Made by a program: the position numbers and the translations under genes
Shown: positions 18,077 through 28,106 of the stretch, piece by piece
How the letters are laid out: the number at the start of each line of letters is the position of its first letter
Numbering within the stretch: the first letter of the stretch is position 1
The notes under the pieces: generated by a model
The model's database searches: none
Told to the model about the DNA's origin: nothing
What the model saw: the letters and a program-made list of their open reading frames with translations, nothing else
Origin: a virus
Taxonomy: Duplodnaviria; Caudoviricetes
IMG/VR virus record: IMGVR_UViG_3300008262_000055
Length of the DNA: 64,000 nt
Direction: 5' to 3' (one strand)

Positions 18077-19249
18077 TTATTTACCGCTTTTCATATTGGC
18101 ACACCAATGATACATTTTAGCCTTTTCGCCGGAAGCATTCTTGGCTTTTTTTCTTAAATCAGTTACTGATCCATCACAACTAGCACCGGCACGTTTTACA
18201 CGCCCTGGCCTACTTTTGCCTTTGACTTTGCCATCGGCAAAATTTTCTACGTTGTACCTAGGATCAGTTTTTTGACGCTTCATTCCCTTAGGTTGTTTAG
18301 GATCAACCGGATCAATATCAGTAGTAGTTAATCCTGTTTTTTCTAAATCTTGAATATACTTGTGTTCTTCTTCTTCGTCACCAAACGATAAAATAGTACT
18401 TGGAGGCCCTTGGCCAAAATCGTGCTTGCCTAATCCCTTAAGATTAGCAATATGCATTCCTAGTTTATACCAATCGTAGACATCACTGACATCAACTTTT
18501 ACTGTACCTTTTGGCATAGTAGGTTTAGCTTCCGGACCATATGGCTCATCATTAACGTGTCGATCTTCACCACCAGCACCGTCCCCGCCGATACCACCAT
18601 CACCGCTGTACCCTACTGCTGTACCGTAATAGCCATATGGTCCTGGACCATAAGCAGCCCACCGACTACGTTTCTTTTTTCTTCTAGCTTCGTCTATGTT
18701 TTCAGTTGGCGTATTAGATAAAATTTCTTTAGCATCACGTAACCCGTCTAATACTTTTTTAAGACTGTCTTCATCTGCTTGATATTTGATAGCAATCCCG
18801 CCAGCAGCCTGCCACTTTCTAATGTTTACACCATAGTCGTCAATTAGTATATTAGGTACACCATTGGTATTAGCATACATTTGTTTTTCATGTTCAAACA
18901 CCCACGCATCGGCAGGCACGTTGATATGTTTTGCTAACCACTCTTTCTTGCCTTTGATACTACCTGCTTTGTCAAAGTTTAATGGACTACTTAAGATTTT
19001 GTATCCGCCAGCAAAGTTTTTAACAATGCTTAATAATTTATTAGCGGTAGGAAATGCTGGAAGTCCTTTAAAAAGTTCGTAGGCATTTGAATCTTTAAAA
19101 AACGTTTCCCATTGATCCTGAGTCATCTTGTTGTAATGTTCTACATCGTGTAATCCGCCAACGTGATTAAACAAGTCAGCAAGAACACCGTCCATGTCAA
19201 CGTAGACTGTAACACCTTTAGGTAACTGATTTAATTCTTTAGCTCGCAT
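18077..19249 (-). CDS. HAD-family 5'(3')-deoxyribonucleotidase-like protein with C-terminal extension
   Basis: YVDMDGVLAD and ILIDD HAD motifs; start MRAKEL. Confidence 0.75.
   Translation of the reverse strand: MRAKELNQLPKGVTVYVDMDGVLADLFNHVGGLHDVEHYNKMTQDQWETFFKDSNAYELFKGLPAFPTANKLLSIVKNFAGGYKILSSPLNFDKAGSIKGKKEWLAKHINVPADAWVFEHEKQMYANTNGVPNILIDDYGVNIRKWQAAGGIAIKYQADEDSLKKVLDGLRDAKEILSNTPTENIDEARRKKKRSRWAAYGPGPYGYYGTAVGYSGDGGIGGDGAGGEDRHVNDEPYGPEAKPTMPKGTVKVDVSDVYDWYKLGMHIANLKGLGKHDFGQGPPSTILSFGDEEEEHKYIQDLEKTGLTTTDIDPVDPKQPKGMKRQKTDPRYNVENFADGKVKGKSRPGRVKRAGASCDGSVTDLRKKAKNASGEKAKMYHWCANMKSGK
18078..18084 (-). promoter_or_regulatory. T4-late-like promoter GTAAATA
   Basis: Motif 4 nt upstream of ATG 18073. 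Confidence 0.45.
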
Positions 19250-19323
19250 CAATGATCACCGTAAGGATTTATTGGACGATCTTCTTCGCTCTGTTGTTCG
19301 GGGTATACTGGATATTTGTTCAT
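19249..19323 (-). CDS. 24-aa micro-[27 protein letters not shown]
   Basis: Hand-translated; ATGA overlap upstream and TGATG overlap downstream. Confidence 0.55.
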   Translation of the reverse strand: MNKYPVYPEQQSEEDRPINPYGDH

Positions 19324-19646
19324 ATTGAAAAACTGCTTCCGCAACCGCAAGTTGTTTGTGCGTTGGGATTTTTAATAGTAAATTGACTGCCATTAATGTC
19401 GTCTGTATAATCTATCTGAGCACCAGTTAGATACTGCATACTCATAGCATCAATAACAACTTTCCAGCGATCACTAAGTGCTATCTCAAAGTCGTCATCG
19501 TTTTGTGCTTCGTCAAAAGTAAAACCGTAACTAAATCCTGAGCACCCACCTCCCTGAACAAATGTGCGTAACATTAGCTCTGGATTATTTTCTTCGTTTA
19601 GTAGATCAATTACTTTAGCTTTAGCTGATTCTGTTATCTCGACCAT
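19320..19646 (-). CDS. erpA: A-type Fe-S carrier (ErpA/HesB family)
   Basis: [12 protein letters not shown] and [14 protein letters not shown]. Confidence 0.85.
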   Translation of the reverse strand: MVEITESAKAKVIDLLNEENNPELMLRTFVQGGGCSGFSYGFTFDEAQNDDDFEIALSDRWKVVIDAMSMQYLTGAQIDYTDDINGSQFTIKNPNAQTTCGCGSSFSI

Positions 19647-19852
19647 TGATCATCTCCTACAGGTTTTTCGCCAGTCATATAAGGTAAACTGAACCATAGT
19701 TTAAACCATTCTGGTGTTCCGGGTTTTATATTGTGTTTCTTTTCTAATTGTCTTTTTTCTGTACCAGTGATGCTGATATTACTACCACCATAGGGTTGGT
19801 AGCCTTTAAATTCTTTAATACCGGCTAAACGTTTAAGATCTTCTATGTTCAT
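19634..19852 (-). CDS. hypothetical protein (LKRLAGI motif)
   Basis: ORF in operon packing. Confidence 0.7.
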   Translation of the reverse strand: MNIEDLKRLAGIKEFKGYQPYGGSNISITGTEKRQLEKKHNIKPGTPEWFKLWFSLPYMTGEKPVGDDQWSR

Positions 19853-20649
19853 TATTCTGTTGCTGGTTCACCAGTGATAGAAACTTCCCACTTTTTACCA
19901 GTGGCGGCAGTTTTTTTAGCAGCCCAATCTTTTAACTGGTAGTAGTGTTGTCTTTCACGCTCGTCGTCTGCGTAATATCCACGGCCTTTAAATACTTTCC
20001 ATTTCTTGCCGTTGATATAAACAGCAAAGTTATTTGGAGGTTCAGTATTGCCTTCGTCCCAATCTTCTGGATCTCTTGCTTCCATATTTGCCTCTTCGGG
20101 GAACACACGTTTTGCCACACCGCCCATATGAGATATTCTAGGATGCTGTGTATAGGTAAATCTTTCGTTAGGGTGTTTAGCTTTTAATTGTTCAAACGCT
20201 TCTTTAGCTTCTTCATATGTAGCGTATGCAGGACCAACAGCGTCCCATGCCTTAGGTGGCATTTCTAATTCAATATCTCGTTTGGTTTGATGACGCACTC
20301 TAAAGTAATGTGGATCTTCACCGGGATTAAGCTCTACGGTGCTTTCGGCCATGGCTTGATCTATATCTTGAATATTCACAGTGGTCAATTCACCGTTTGA
20401 TGCTTTGACTGTGACAGTGTTGCCCTCTACTGAGATCACAGTTCCGTATTGGGTTTTCATCCCAGGTTTGATTTGTGGGTCTCCATGGTCTTCCGCCACA
20501 CCTTGTTCAAACTGTTTAGCTTTATGTTTTACATCACCTTGTTTGGCTGCTTTCTTTTTATCTTTGTGGGCACCGGCCCCTGCAGTTTTTTGATTCTTAG
20601 CTACAAAGTTACGTGGCTTACTTGTTGGTATAAATTCTTTTGCTTTCAT
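19852..20649 (-). CDS. modular putative head protein (MKAKEFI)
   Basis: ORF with shared N-terminal motif and internal xxE-delimited modules. Confidence 0.7.
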   Translation of the reverse strand: MKAKEFIPTSKPRNFVAKNQKTAGAGAHKDKKKAAKQGDVKHKAKQFEQGVAEDHGDPQIKPGMKTQYGTVISVEGNTVTVKASNGELTTVNIQDIDQAMAESTVELNPGEDPHYFRVRHQTKRDIELEMPPKAWDAVGPAYATYEEAKEAFEQLKAKHPNERFTYTQHPRISHMGGVAKRVFPEEANMEARDPEDWDEGNTEPPNNFAVYINGKKWKVFKGRGYYADDERERQHYYQLKDWAAKKTAATGKKWEVSITGEPATE

Positions 20650-21332
20650 GATGATCTCTTTTGTTTAGGACCTTTACGAGTTTTCCATTTCTTATCAGTT
20701 GAGCACCAGTAGCGACCGTAGCTTTCTGAAACCCCTTCTGATATCCAAGGTTGTAATCCTTCTCTAACAGCAGAAAATACTGCTTCAACATCGCCCTGTA
20801 ATCCAGTAGCTAGTCCTGATTTAAATTTTTCAACGTCATTATCTATAGCAGCCTGTCTCATCTTAGTACCGCTCATGCCTTCTGCTCCCGGGGAGTCTGG
20901 ATCTCTCATGCCGCTAGACTGTATTTTTAAATTCTTAATATTATAATCACTACCGTTTCGATCATTTAGCAGCTGAGTGAATTCGGGCACTCGATCTGAA
21001 CCGCAGACCATGATTACTGTTTCGTAGCCTTTATCTTCTAGATACTTCATCATTTCTATAACTGTCTTAACAGATGTGTCACCTATAGGAATATTAGGAA
21101 ATGCTTTTTGTATAAAATGTAGTTTTGTATCAAATGGCAACGGATTTTCAAATCTTGTTTTGTTCTTTCCCGTAGGCTTATGAGTATGTGACACAAATAA
21201 GAAATGAGCATCTGCTGGTTGATCCATTACAGCTTTGATTAATTTTTCGTGACCAATAGTAGGAGGATTGAGTCTGCCAAAGGCAACTGCTACAGTTTTG
21301 TCTACTTGTTCAAAAAGTTCTTTAAGTCTCAT
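20646..21332 (-). CDS. cytidyltransferase-like (HxGH) nucleotidyltransferase
   Basis: FGRLNPPTIGH, VCGSDR, MSGTKMR motifs; N-terminus MRLKELFE. Confidence 0.75.
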   Translation of the reverse strand: MRLKELFEQVDKTVAVAFGRLNPPTIGHEKLIKAVMDQPADAHFLFVSHTHKPTGKNKTRFENPLPFDTKLHFIQKAFPNIPIGDTSVKTVIEMMKYLEDKGYETVIMVCGSDRVPEFTQLLNDRNGSDYNIKNLKIQSSGMRDPDSPGAEGMSGTKMRQAAIDNDVEKFKSGLATGLQGDVEAVFSAVREGLQPWISEGVSESYGRYWCSTDKKWKTRKGPKQKRSS

Positions 21333-21675
21333 AATCGCCGCGTTCTAAATAATTACATTGCTCTTCGGCAAATCTTTTACAAACTGCTTCAATAACTTCA
21401 TTGGTAAAAATGTCTTCTTCCACATCAGACATTTCGTATTCTGCACAGTATTTGGGAATTGCTGATTTTACAGCATTGAGATAAACATGATATTGCCCAG
21501 GTTCTCCACCTAATGCCTTGTGTTTCTTAATAGCTGGAAATAAACTTTGACTTACTAGATCGTTGTCATTGTCTATAAAAAATTTTAAATCAGATACATA
21601 ATCAATATCTGAATTTAATCTTTCGTCTTTGTTTTCTGACTCAGGGCCAAACAGTTCAAATAATCTCATTACCAA
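21322..21675 (-). CDS. hypothetical protein (MRLFELF)
   Basis: ORF with shared N-terminal motif. Confidence 0.7.
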   Translation of the reverse strand: MVMRLFELFGPESENKDERLNSDIDYVSDLKFFIDNDNDLVSQSLFPAIKKHKALGGEPGQYHVYLNAVKSAIPKYCAEYEMSDVEEDIFTNEVIEAVCKRFAEEQCNYLERGDYET

Positions 21676-22409
21676 CTCCTACAAGACCAGTATCTCGCTT
21701 TCCAACGTGGTCCTGGATTTTTACAATTATGTCTAGCACGGAATGATTTTCTACGTGCTGGATTTGATTTTTTAATACGCATTTTCTTATCGCCAAAGTT
21801 TACTTTGACAATATTACCATTAGGCTTGCGTACATATACTTTTGATTTTTTAACATCGCCGGCCATCTTTTTACCTAACGGTACTTCACGGCCTTGATAC
21901 TTAGCTTCGTCTGTTTGATCTTCTTCTATATCTTCGCCCATCTTAACGCAGTTATCTACAGTCTTGCCGCCTTTCTGTTTGGTGCCCATACGCTTGTAGC
22001 CTTTCCAACAAGCCTTGCCATCAACACCTTTTTGTTTTTCTTCGTTGACTACTTCGCCTTCTAAGAATGTTAAACCTTCGTTGGTCAGCATATCTAAAGC
22101 AGTGTCATCTAGTTCAATTACAATACCATCTTCTAGGATATCTACAATTTCTGTAGCAATTTCGTGATCTTCAGAAAAGCTAATACCAAACCCGTCACCT
22201 ATCTCTAAAGATTCTGAAAATCCTTTAGATTTAGCTTCTCGTTCAAGATCTGCTTTACGTTGCTCTATAGCAGATGAAATTTCAGGGTCGGATGATGCTA
22301 CAGGATCTGCTTCTAGATCAGCTAGGGCTTTGCGTTTAGCTTCTAGATCTCCCTGATCTTTGAGGGAAGATTCGTTGATTACGTTTAATTTATTAAGAAT
22401 ATCTCGCAT
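21669..22409 (-). CDS. modular putative head protein with Cys-containing basic C-terminal domains
   Basis: KACWKGY...NCVK and RRKSFRARHNC...ARYWSC modules. Confidence 0.75.
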   Translation of the reverse strand: MRDILNKLNVINESSLKDQGDLEAKRKALADLEADPVASSDPEISSAIEQRKADLEREAKSKGFSESLEIGDGFGISFSEDHEIATEIVDILEDGIVIELDDTALDMLTNEGLTFLEGEVVNEEKQKGVDGKACWKGYKRMGTKQKGGKTVDNCVKMGEDIEEDQTDEAKYQGREVPLGKKMAGDVKKSKVYVRKPNGNIVKVNFGDKKMRIKKSNPARRKSFRARHNCKNPGPRWKARYWSCRSW

Positions 22410-22435
22410 AGTATCTCTCTTTGAAGATGATACTA

Positions 22436-22442
22436 TATTTAT
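22436..22442 (-). promoter_or_regulatory. T4-late-like promoter ATAAATA
   Basis: Heads the 22409-16395 gene run. Confidence 0.55.
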
Positions 22443-22470
22443 CGCAGACTAGAATTGATAAGAAATTGTA

Positions 22471-23109
22471 TTAGTCCTGTATAATCAGGTTATAAACTGT
22501 GCCAACCACGTTAGAATTCTTTAATTTCAGCATTAGCAGCGTCTTTTCGCTATCTACAAGAATATATCTACGATCCCAGTTCCAGTGAGTAGTTATAAAC
22601 CACTGCGATACAGCGTCAGAAATAGAAACTCCATTAACGCTTTTTAACCATTTAATATACTGCGGTTTTTCACTAACATCCATTTTATGAGGTTTCATGT
22701 ATACTCGCATAGTAAACTTATCTTGAGGATACTTTTTTACAAGAATGGTATGTTTGTCAGATAGTTGCTGCTCGGGTTTTTGTGCGAATCGTATTTTTTC
22801 GGGTAACAGGCATAGCATTGTGTTAAAAAATGCTTCGTCGCTAGTATAAACATCAATGATATTTGTTTCTATTCTAATATCATAGGAATTTCCAGGAACT
22901 TTTTTTAATAAGCCAGTGAGATGTACTAAATCATCCTTGCTATTGATAATTTTGCGATTATAGGTACTGTTAGGCACAAGTTTTTCAATAGTATTCTCAA
23001 TACCGTCAAAAGACTTATGCCTTATGAATGAACAGCCGTCAATGTTATAGCTGACTTTGTAAAGCCATTTACCGTAGAATAACTTTTTAGTTGGCTTGTA
23101 TTGTATCAT
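22471..23109 (-). CDS. hypothetical protein
   Basis: 212-aa ORF. Confidence 0.75.
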   Translation of the reverse strand: MIQYKPTKKLFYGKWLYKVSYNIDGCSFIRHKSFDGIENTIEKLVPNSTYNRKIINSKDDLVHLTGLLKKVPGNSYDIRIETNIIDVYTSDEAFFNTMLCLLPEKIRFAQKPEQQLSDKHTILVKKYPQDKFTMRVYMKPHKMDVSEKPQYIKWLKSVNGVSISDAVSQWFITTHWNWDRRYILVDSEKTLLMLKLKNSNVVGTVYNLIIQD

Positions 23110-25429
23110 CTTTTATCAATGGAGCACCGTCTAGAATCCTTCTATGGTGCTTAAAAGCACGTTTTTCGTACTTGTCTAGCTCGTCCTCTTGTAATTTTAC
23201 AACAAACTCTAGTTTATTGTCAACCACATTAACAAATACCTTGCCTCCATTTTTCAATTCACCGAATAGTATTTTTCTACTAACAGGTGATTTGATTTCG
23301 TTATCAATTAGTCTGTTTAGAGGTCTAGCACCTAATTTGACATTATAACCATTCTTAGCTAGCCAATTTCTAGAATCATCTGTGAGTACAATTTCTACAC
23401 CCTTGTCTTTGATCTGATGATTTAATTCACGCATAAACTTGTCTACGATAACTTTGACAGTATCCATTGATAATCCGCCAAATTTAACAATAGCATCTAA
23501 ACGATTACGGAACTCAGGAGCAAAGAATTTCTTAACCGCTTTATCATCTTCGCCGTCTTTGTTTAAATCGCCAAACCCAATAGTGTTTCTTTCATTGTCC
23601 GCCGCACCTAAGTTTGATGTCATAATAAGAATGCTGTTACGGCCATCTGCTTGTTTACCATTACTGCCTGTTACAAAACCATTATCCATGAACTGTAACA
23701 AGATATTAGAAACATCTGGATGAGCTTTTTCAATTTCATCAAGCAATAAAACACAGTTTGGTGTTTCTTGAAGTTTAGTAATCAGTTGTCCGGCATTATC
23801 TTCAAAACCTACATAGCCCGGAGGAGCACCGATCAGTCTTGCTACACTGTGTTTTTCTTGATATTCGCTCATATCAAATCTTACCAATGGCATTGTCATC
23901 TTTTCAGACAATGCTTTAGCAGTTTCGGTTTTGCCACAACCAGTTGGACCCACAAACAAGAAACATCCAATGGGCTTATTGGGTACTTTCATACCTGCTT
24001 GTGCTACAAAGATTTTATCGAGCAAGTTAGAGATTGCTGATTCCTGACCAAACACAGAATTTTTTAAATTGGCTTCTAAGTCTGACAGATTTTTAGATTC
24101 CTTTTCGCTAACTGCTTCAAACGGCATATTGGTCATTTTACTGACTTCAAACATAACCTGTTCAATGTCAACAATACTTACAGCAGTTTCGACATCATTA
24201 TCTTTGATTTTATATCTAGCCGCAGAGCAATCGATAATGTCAATGGCCTTATCTGGTAATTTCTTATCGGGCATGTATTTGATACTCATTTTTACAGCCT
24301 GTTCGATAGCAGCATCGGTAATTTTAACACCGTGAAACTGCTCGTAATACTTGCGAATGCCTTTGATAATCTTAACTGACAGTTCCGGTGTAGGCTCATC
24401 AACTGTAACACGCTGGAATCGACGCATCAAAGCACGATCCTTTTCAAAGTGTTTACGATATTCTTCCCATGTAGTTGACGCAATGACTTTCATTGTACCT
24501 TTGGTCAACATTGGCTTGAGGATGTTAGCCAAATCGTTAGCTGACCCATTAGCGGCACCAGCACCATTCATCATATGTGCTTCGTCGATGAACAGAATAA
24601 TTTTTCCTTTTTTCTCCAAGGCTGTTAGAACTGCTTTAATTCGTTCTTCAAAGTCGCCTCTATATTTGCTGCCTGCTAGCAACGCAGAGATATCTAATGT
24701 ATAGACACTATGGTCTAATATAAATTTAGGAACTTTCTTTTCAAATATTTTACGAGCTAGCCCTTCTGCTATAGCAGTTTTACCAACTCCGGGTTCGCCA
24801 ACTAATAAAACGTTGCTCTTTGTCCTACGTGCTAGAATAAGTTGTATTTTTTCTAACTCGTCATCTCTGCCTATTACTGGATCAATCTTACGTTGTTTTG
24901 CCAAGAGGCTTAGATTACTACAGAATTGATTGAGAATTTTATCCAATTGGTTATGATTTAGTCTAGGATTTTGTTCGTCTACTTCGATATCGTTTTCAAA
25001 TTTGGATTGGAAGTATTCGATTAGTTTTTCTTTAGTAATACCAGCTTTGGTCATATAATAAAAACTAAAGCTCTTTCTTTCTCCGATAATGGCAATTAAC
25101 ACATCTTCTACTTCAATAACTTGTCGCCCACTGAATAAGGCCTGTGTAAATGCTCTGTTTAGCACACGCTCAACTGAAGTAGTTCTTTTTGGTTTGTGTT
25201 TATCAGTACCAGTTCTAATATCATCTAATTTTGTTTTAAGAAAATGATCTAAATTAACTTTGAGGTACTCGCTAGCAAATCCGGATTTCTGTAAACCATT
25301 AAATGTTTCCTCATCTAACATAATAGAAAAGGTTAAATGTTCAATAGTAATGTATTCGTGTTCTAGTCTTTGAGCAACATCGATCGCTTTTTCAAAGACT
25401 GCTTGGAGTTTTTTACTTGGTTCTAGCAT
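23087..25429 (-). CDS. clpA: ClpA-type ATP-dependent unfoldase
   Basis: Clp N-domain (HEYITIEHL); GEPGVGKT and GPTGCGKT Walker A motifs; FDMSEYQEKH; no ClpB coiled-coil M-domain. Confidence 0.92.
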   Translation of the reverse strand: MLEPSKKLQAVFEKAIDVAQRLEHEYITIEHLTFSIMLDEETFNGLQKSGFASEYLKVNLDHFLKTKLDDIRTGTDKHKPKRTTSVERVLNRAFTQALFSGRQVIEVEDVLIAIIGERKSFSFYYMTKAGITKEKLIEYFQSKFENDIEVDEQNPRLNHNQLDKILNQFCSNLSLLAKQRKIDPVIGRDDELEKIQLILARRTKSNVLLVGEPGVGKTAIAEGLARKIFEKKVPKFILDHSVYTLDISALLAGSKYRGDFEERIKAVLTALEKKGKIILFIDEAHMMNGAGAANGSANDLANILKPMLTKGTMKVIASTTWEEYRKHFEKDRALMRRFQRVTVDEPTPELSVKIIKGIRKYYEQFHGVKITDAAIEQAVKMSIKYMPDKKLPDKAIDIIDCSAARYKIKDNDVETAVSIVDIEQVMFEVSKMTNMPFEAVSEKESKNLSDLEANLKNSVFGQESAISNLLDKIFVAQAGMKVPNKPIGCFLFVGPTGCGKTETAKALSEKMTMPLVRFDMSEYQEKHSVARLIGAPPGYVGFEDNAGQLITKLQETPNCVLLLDEIEKAHPDVSNILLQFMDNGFVTGSNGKQADGRNSILIMTSNLGAADNERNTIGFGDLNKDGEDDKAVKKFFAPEFRNRLDAIVKFGGLSMDTVKVIVDKFMRELNHQIKDKGVEIVLTDDSRNWLAKNGYNVKLGARPLNRLIDNEIKSPVSRKILFGELKNGGKVFVNVVDNKLEFVVKLQEDELDKYEKRAFKHHRRILDGAPLIKDDTIQAN

Positions 25430-25432
25430 TGA

Positions 25433-25924
25433 TTATTTTCTCTTATTAATTTTTTTAATAGCTAATTGTAGCTTCATCTGAGATACTCTGTCAACAAAAC
25501 ATATTCCCTTTAGGTGATCAAACTCGTGTTGAAAACATCTAGCAATTAGCCCGTCCATCTCAGCAGTGACAATGTCTCCTTTGCTATTTTGAAACTCTGC
25601 GATAATAGCTTTGGGTCGTTTAATAGTTAACCATAAATCAGGATAACTCAAACATCCTTCTTTAAAAAGGTCTGTGTCTTTGCTTACTTCTAAAATTTTA
25701 GGATTAAACACAGCCATAGGTTCGTATCCTGAAATATTTTTACTACCTATCACAAAAACATTTTTTGTAAATCCTATTTGATTAGCAGCTAGCCCTATGC
25801 CGTTATTATCTAACATAAAGTCTATCATTTGTTTTTCTAGATCCTCTGCGTTTTTATCAACAGAAAAATCCCAGTCCAAGCTAACCTGTGTTAACGCATC
25901 ATGTGGGCCGAGTTCAAATGCCAT
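25433..25924 (-). CDS. def: peptide deformylase
   Basis: GIGLAANQIG, EGCLS, QHEFDHLKG. Confidence 0.95.
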   Translation of the reverse strand: MAFELGPHDALTQVSLDWDFSVDKNAEDLEKQMIDFMLDNNGIGLAANQIGFTKNVFVIGSKNISGYEPMAVFNPKILEVSKDTDLFKEGCLSYPDLWLTIKRPKAIIAEFQNSKGDIVTAEMDGLIARCFQHEFDHLKGICFVDRVSQMKLQLAIKKINKRK

Positions 25925-26723
25925 TGCGTAAATCCTCTATAAGTTTTTTTGCCTGCTCAGAAAGTATCTTTGGTATGTTAACTTTAACTTTAATTAAAAT
26001 TGCTCCACGCACTCCTGATCGAGGGTGTGGTAGGCCTTCTCCTTTGCAGCTAAACACTGTCCCAGGTTGTGTTCCAGCTGGTACTGTTATGCTTAGAGTT
26101 TTCTTTTCTAAAGTTTCAAAAGTTACTTCAGTTCCTAGTAGTGCTTCCCAAACATCTATATCTTTTTCTAACAATAGATTAGAGTGCTCTCTACGCCATA
26201 TTGGATGAGGTATTACTCTAACAGTTACAATAAGGTCGCCGGGGTGAAGTTTGGGAATACTGTGATCTCCCATTCCTGGATATCTGATCTGTACATTATC
26301 TTCAATACCTGCTGGTATGTTTATAGAAACTAGTTTTTTCTGACCGTTTCTAAAGCTGATCTCAGCATCTATGGTTTTACCAGTCAACACATCTTCTAGA
26401 GTAATTGTGACATTGGCACCTATGTTAGTATTTCTTTGTTGCTGTTGGAAACCAAATCCAAAAGGACTACCTCCACCAAAAAATGTTGTGAAGATATCAT
26501 CGCCCATATTACTGGTATTAAACTGGTATTGATTAGGATTGTCGTATTGAAATCTTTTTTCATCGTCGCTGAGTGTACGATATGCTTCTTCAATTTCTTT
26601 AAATTTATTAGCGTCACCGCCGCGGTCAGGATGATGCTTCATAGCCAAGCTACGATATGCTTTTTTAATTTCGTCCTGTGTAGCAGATTTTCCTACACCT
26701 AAAGTTTTATAATAATCTATCAT
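25914..26723 (-). CDS. dnaJ: DnaJ/CbpA-type co-chaperone
   Basis: J-domain with HPD, G/F-rich linker, C-terminal domain; no zinc finger. Confidence 0.92.
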   Translation of the reverse strand: MIDYYKTLGVGKSATQDEIKKAYRSLAMKHHPDRGGDANKFKEIEEAYRTLSDDEKRFQYDNPNQYQFNTSNMGDDIFTTFFGGGSPFGFGFQQQQRNTNIGANVTITLEDVLTGKTIDAEISFRNGQKKLVSINIPAGIEDNVQIRYPGMGDHSIPKLHPGDLIVTVRVIPHPIWRREHSNLLLEKDIDVWEALLGTEVTFETLEKKTLSITVPAGTQPGTVFSCKGEGLPHPRSGVRGAILIKVKVNIPKILSEQAKKLIEDLRNGI

Positions 26724-26728
26724 AGAGT

Positions 26729-26764
26729 AAAAAAGGGTATAGTAGTAATTATACTATACCCTTT
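26729..26764 (-). terminator. rho-independent terminator
   Basis: aaagggtatagta/tactatacccttt stem with T-tract on the minus strand, downstream of the lysis cassette. Confidence 0.75.
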
Positions 26765-26784
26765 GATAAAAGTCAAAAACAGAA

Positions 26785-27012
26785 TTATTTCTTTGCGTCA
26801 GGTACTTTGGTGCCTTCATGCTTTTGATGTTTCTTAACTGTTTTACACTCTTGTTTTGGTTTTTTGGTTTTTGGATCAATAACAGGTTTACCGTCTTTAC
26901 CCTGTACATCGACGCAAACTTTAGCAGTTTCTGCCTCTTTCTTTTCTTCAGCGGCATACACTGGACCAGCAGCTAAAAAGCCTGCCATTAACATTGTTAA
27001 AAATAATTTCAT
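26785..27012 (-). CDS. secreted Lys-rich small protein
   Basis: Signal peptide ending VYA; two Cys; AGGAG SD. Confidence 0.75.
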   Translation of the reverse strand: MKLFLTMLMAGFLAAGPVYAAEEKKEAETAKVCVDVQGKDGKPVIDPKTKKPKQECKTVKKHQKHEGTKVPDAKK

Positions 27013-27031
27013 TTAAATCTCCTTGATTAAA

Positions 27032-27364
27032 TTATTTTCTGCTCATCCAGGCTGTTACACCCATATAAGCACCTACTACACCGGCTTGAGCAATATAGAA
27101 CATTCCTAAAAGATCAGCCAAGGCCTTTACACGTTCAACTTCAATTATTGGTAAAAATAAAAATCCGCTGAAGATGATCATTGAAACCATTGCAACCCAT
27201 GCCATTCTTCTATGAGCATCTGCCTTTTCTTCTCGAAGCTCAATTTCTAAAATTTCATTAGCGTTGTTGATTTCTTCGTCACTAACAGTACCATCACTGT
27301 CCATATCGTATCTATTATATCTTGAATTTTTTTCTAGTATTTTTGCCATGTGCCGCTCCTGCAA
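27032..27364 (-). CDS. two-TM membrane protein with EF-hand-like loop; candidate holin
   Basis: DMDSDGTVSDEE then two TM helices; last gene of the lysis cassette. Confidence 0.5.
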   Translation of the reverse strand: MQERHMAKILEKNSRYNRYDMDSDGTVSDEEINNANEILEIELREEKADAHRRMAWVAMVSMIIFSGFLFLPIIEVERVKALADLLGMFYIAQAGVVGAYMGVTAWMSRK

Positions 27365-27368
27365 AAAC

Positions 27369-27641
27369 TTATTTTACTTCGTCAAAGATTTTTTTCTGTG
27401 ACTCGTACCATAGTATCCAATTATCAACTTTTAACTTACACTCGTGATATTGAGTATAATTTTCTGTAACAACTGTAAGTACTTTGCTCAAAGATTCTGT
27501 GCCCTTATCTACTTTTTTAAGATTTGGACACGCTGCTATTAGTTCAGCAGGTACATCTGGAAAGTTACGTTTTACTGGAGCAGTAGTAGTGAAGCAACCA
27601 GTTAATAGAAAAGCAGGTATTAATAAGATTAAGAATTTCAT
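27369..27641 (-). CDS. o-spanin (Rz1-like lipoprotein)
   Basis: Lipobox LLTG-C, Pro-rich; follows i-spanin. Confidence 0.75.
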   Translation of the reverse strand: MKFLILLIPAFLLTGCFTTTAPVKRNFPDVPAELIAACPNLKKVDKGTESLSKVLTVVTENYTQYHECKLKVDNWILWYESQKKIFDEVK

Positions 27642-28105
27642 TTCTTTTCTCCTTCAGGTACACCTGCAGCACTTTCGTTAAGAATATCTAAAGCTTCTTG
27701 CGGAACCTTACATTGTGCGTCAATAATTTTTTCTTTTTCTACTATAACTTCCTTGATACGATCTTGGAACACTTTAATTTCCTTGACTTTGGTTATAATT
27801 TTTTCTTTGATAATCGTATTAGTTTCTTTAGATTTTTGTTCTGCTATAGCTACTTTAGATTCTAATTCTCTAACACGTTCACGCCATACCATTTCGGTAC
27901 CGTAACTACCAAATACATAAGCTCCTACAGTTAATATTAGAACTCCTAATATTTCAGCAGGAAATTTGTACTGACTTATTATTGGAAGCCATTTTACTAT
28001 CTTACTGAGAACATATAGTCCTACACCTATGCCTATCAGTGCGTAGGACACCCAGAGAAAGAAGCTGTCTGGTATAAAGCTCAGCATCCACCCTGTTAGC
28101 CACAT
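27638..28105 (-). CDS. i-spanin (Rz-like)
   Basis: N-terminal TM segments then coiled coil, C-terminal Cys; between endolysin and lipoprotein. Confidence 0.7.
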   Translation of the reverse strand: MWLTGWMLSFIPDSFFLWVSYALIGIGVGLYVLSKIVKWLPIISQYKFPAEILGVLILTVGAYVFGSYGTEMVWRERVRELESKVAIAEQKSKETNTIIKEKIITKVKEIKVFQDRIKEVIVEKEKIIDAQCKVPQEALDILNESAAGVPEGEKK

Positions 28106-28106
28106 A

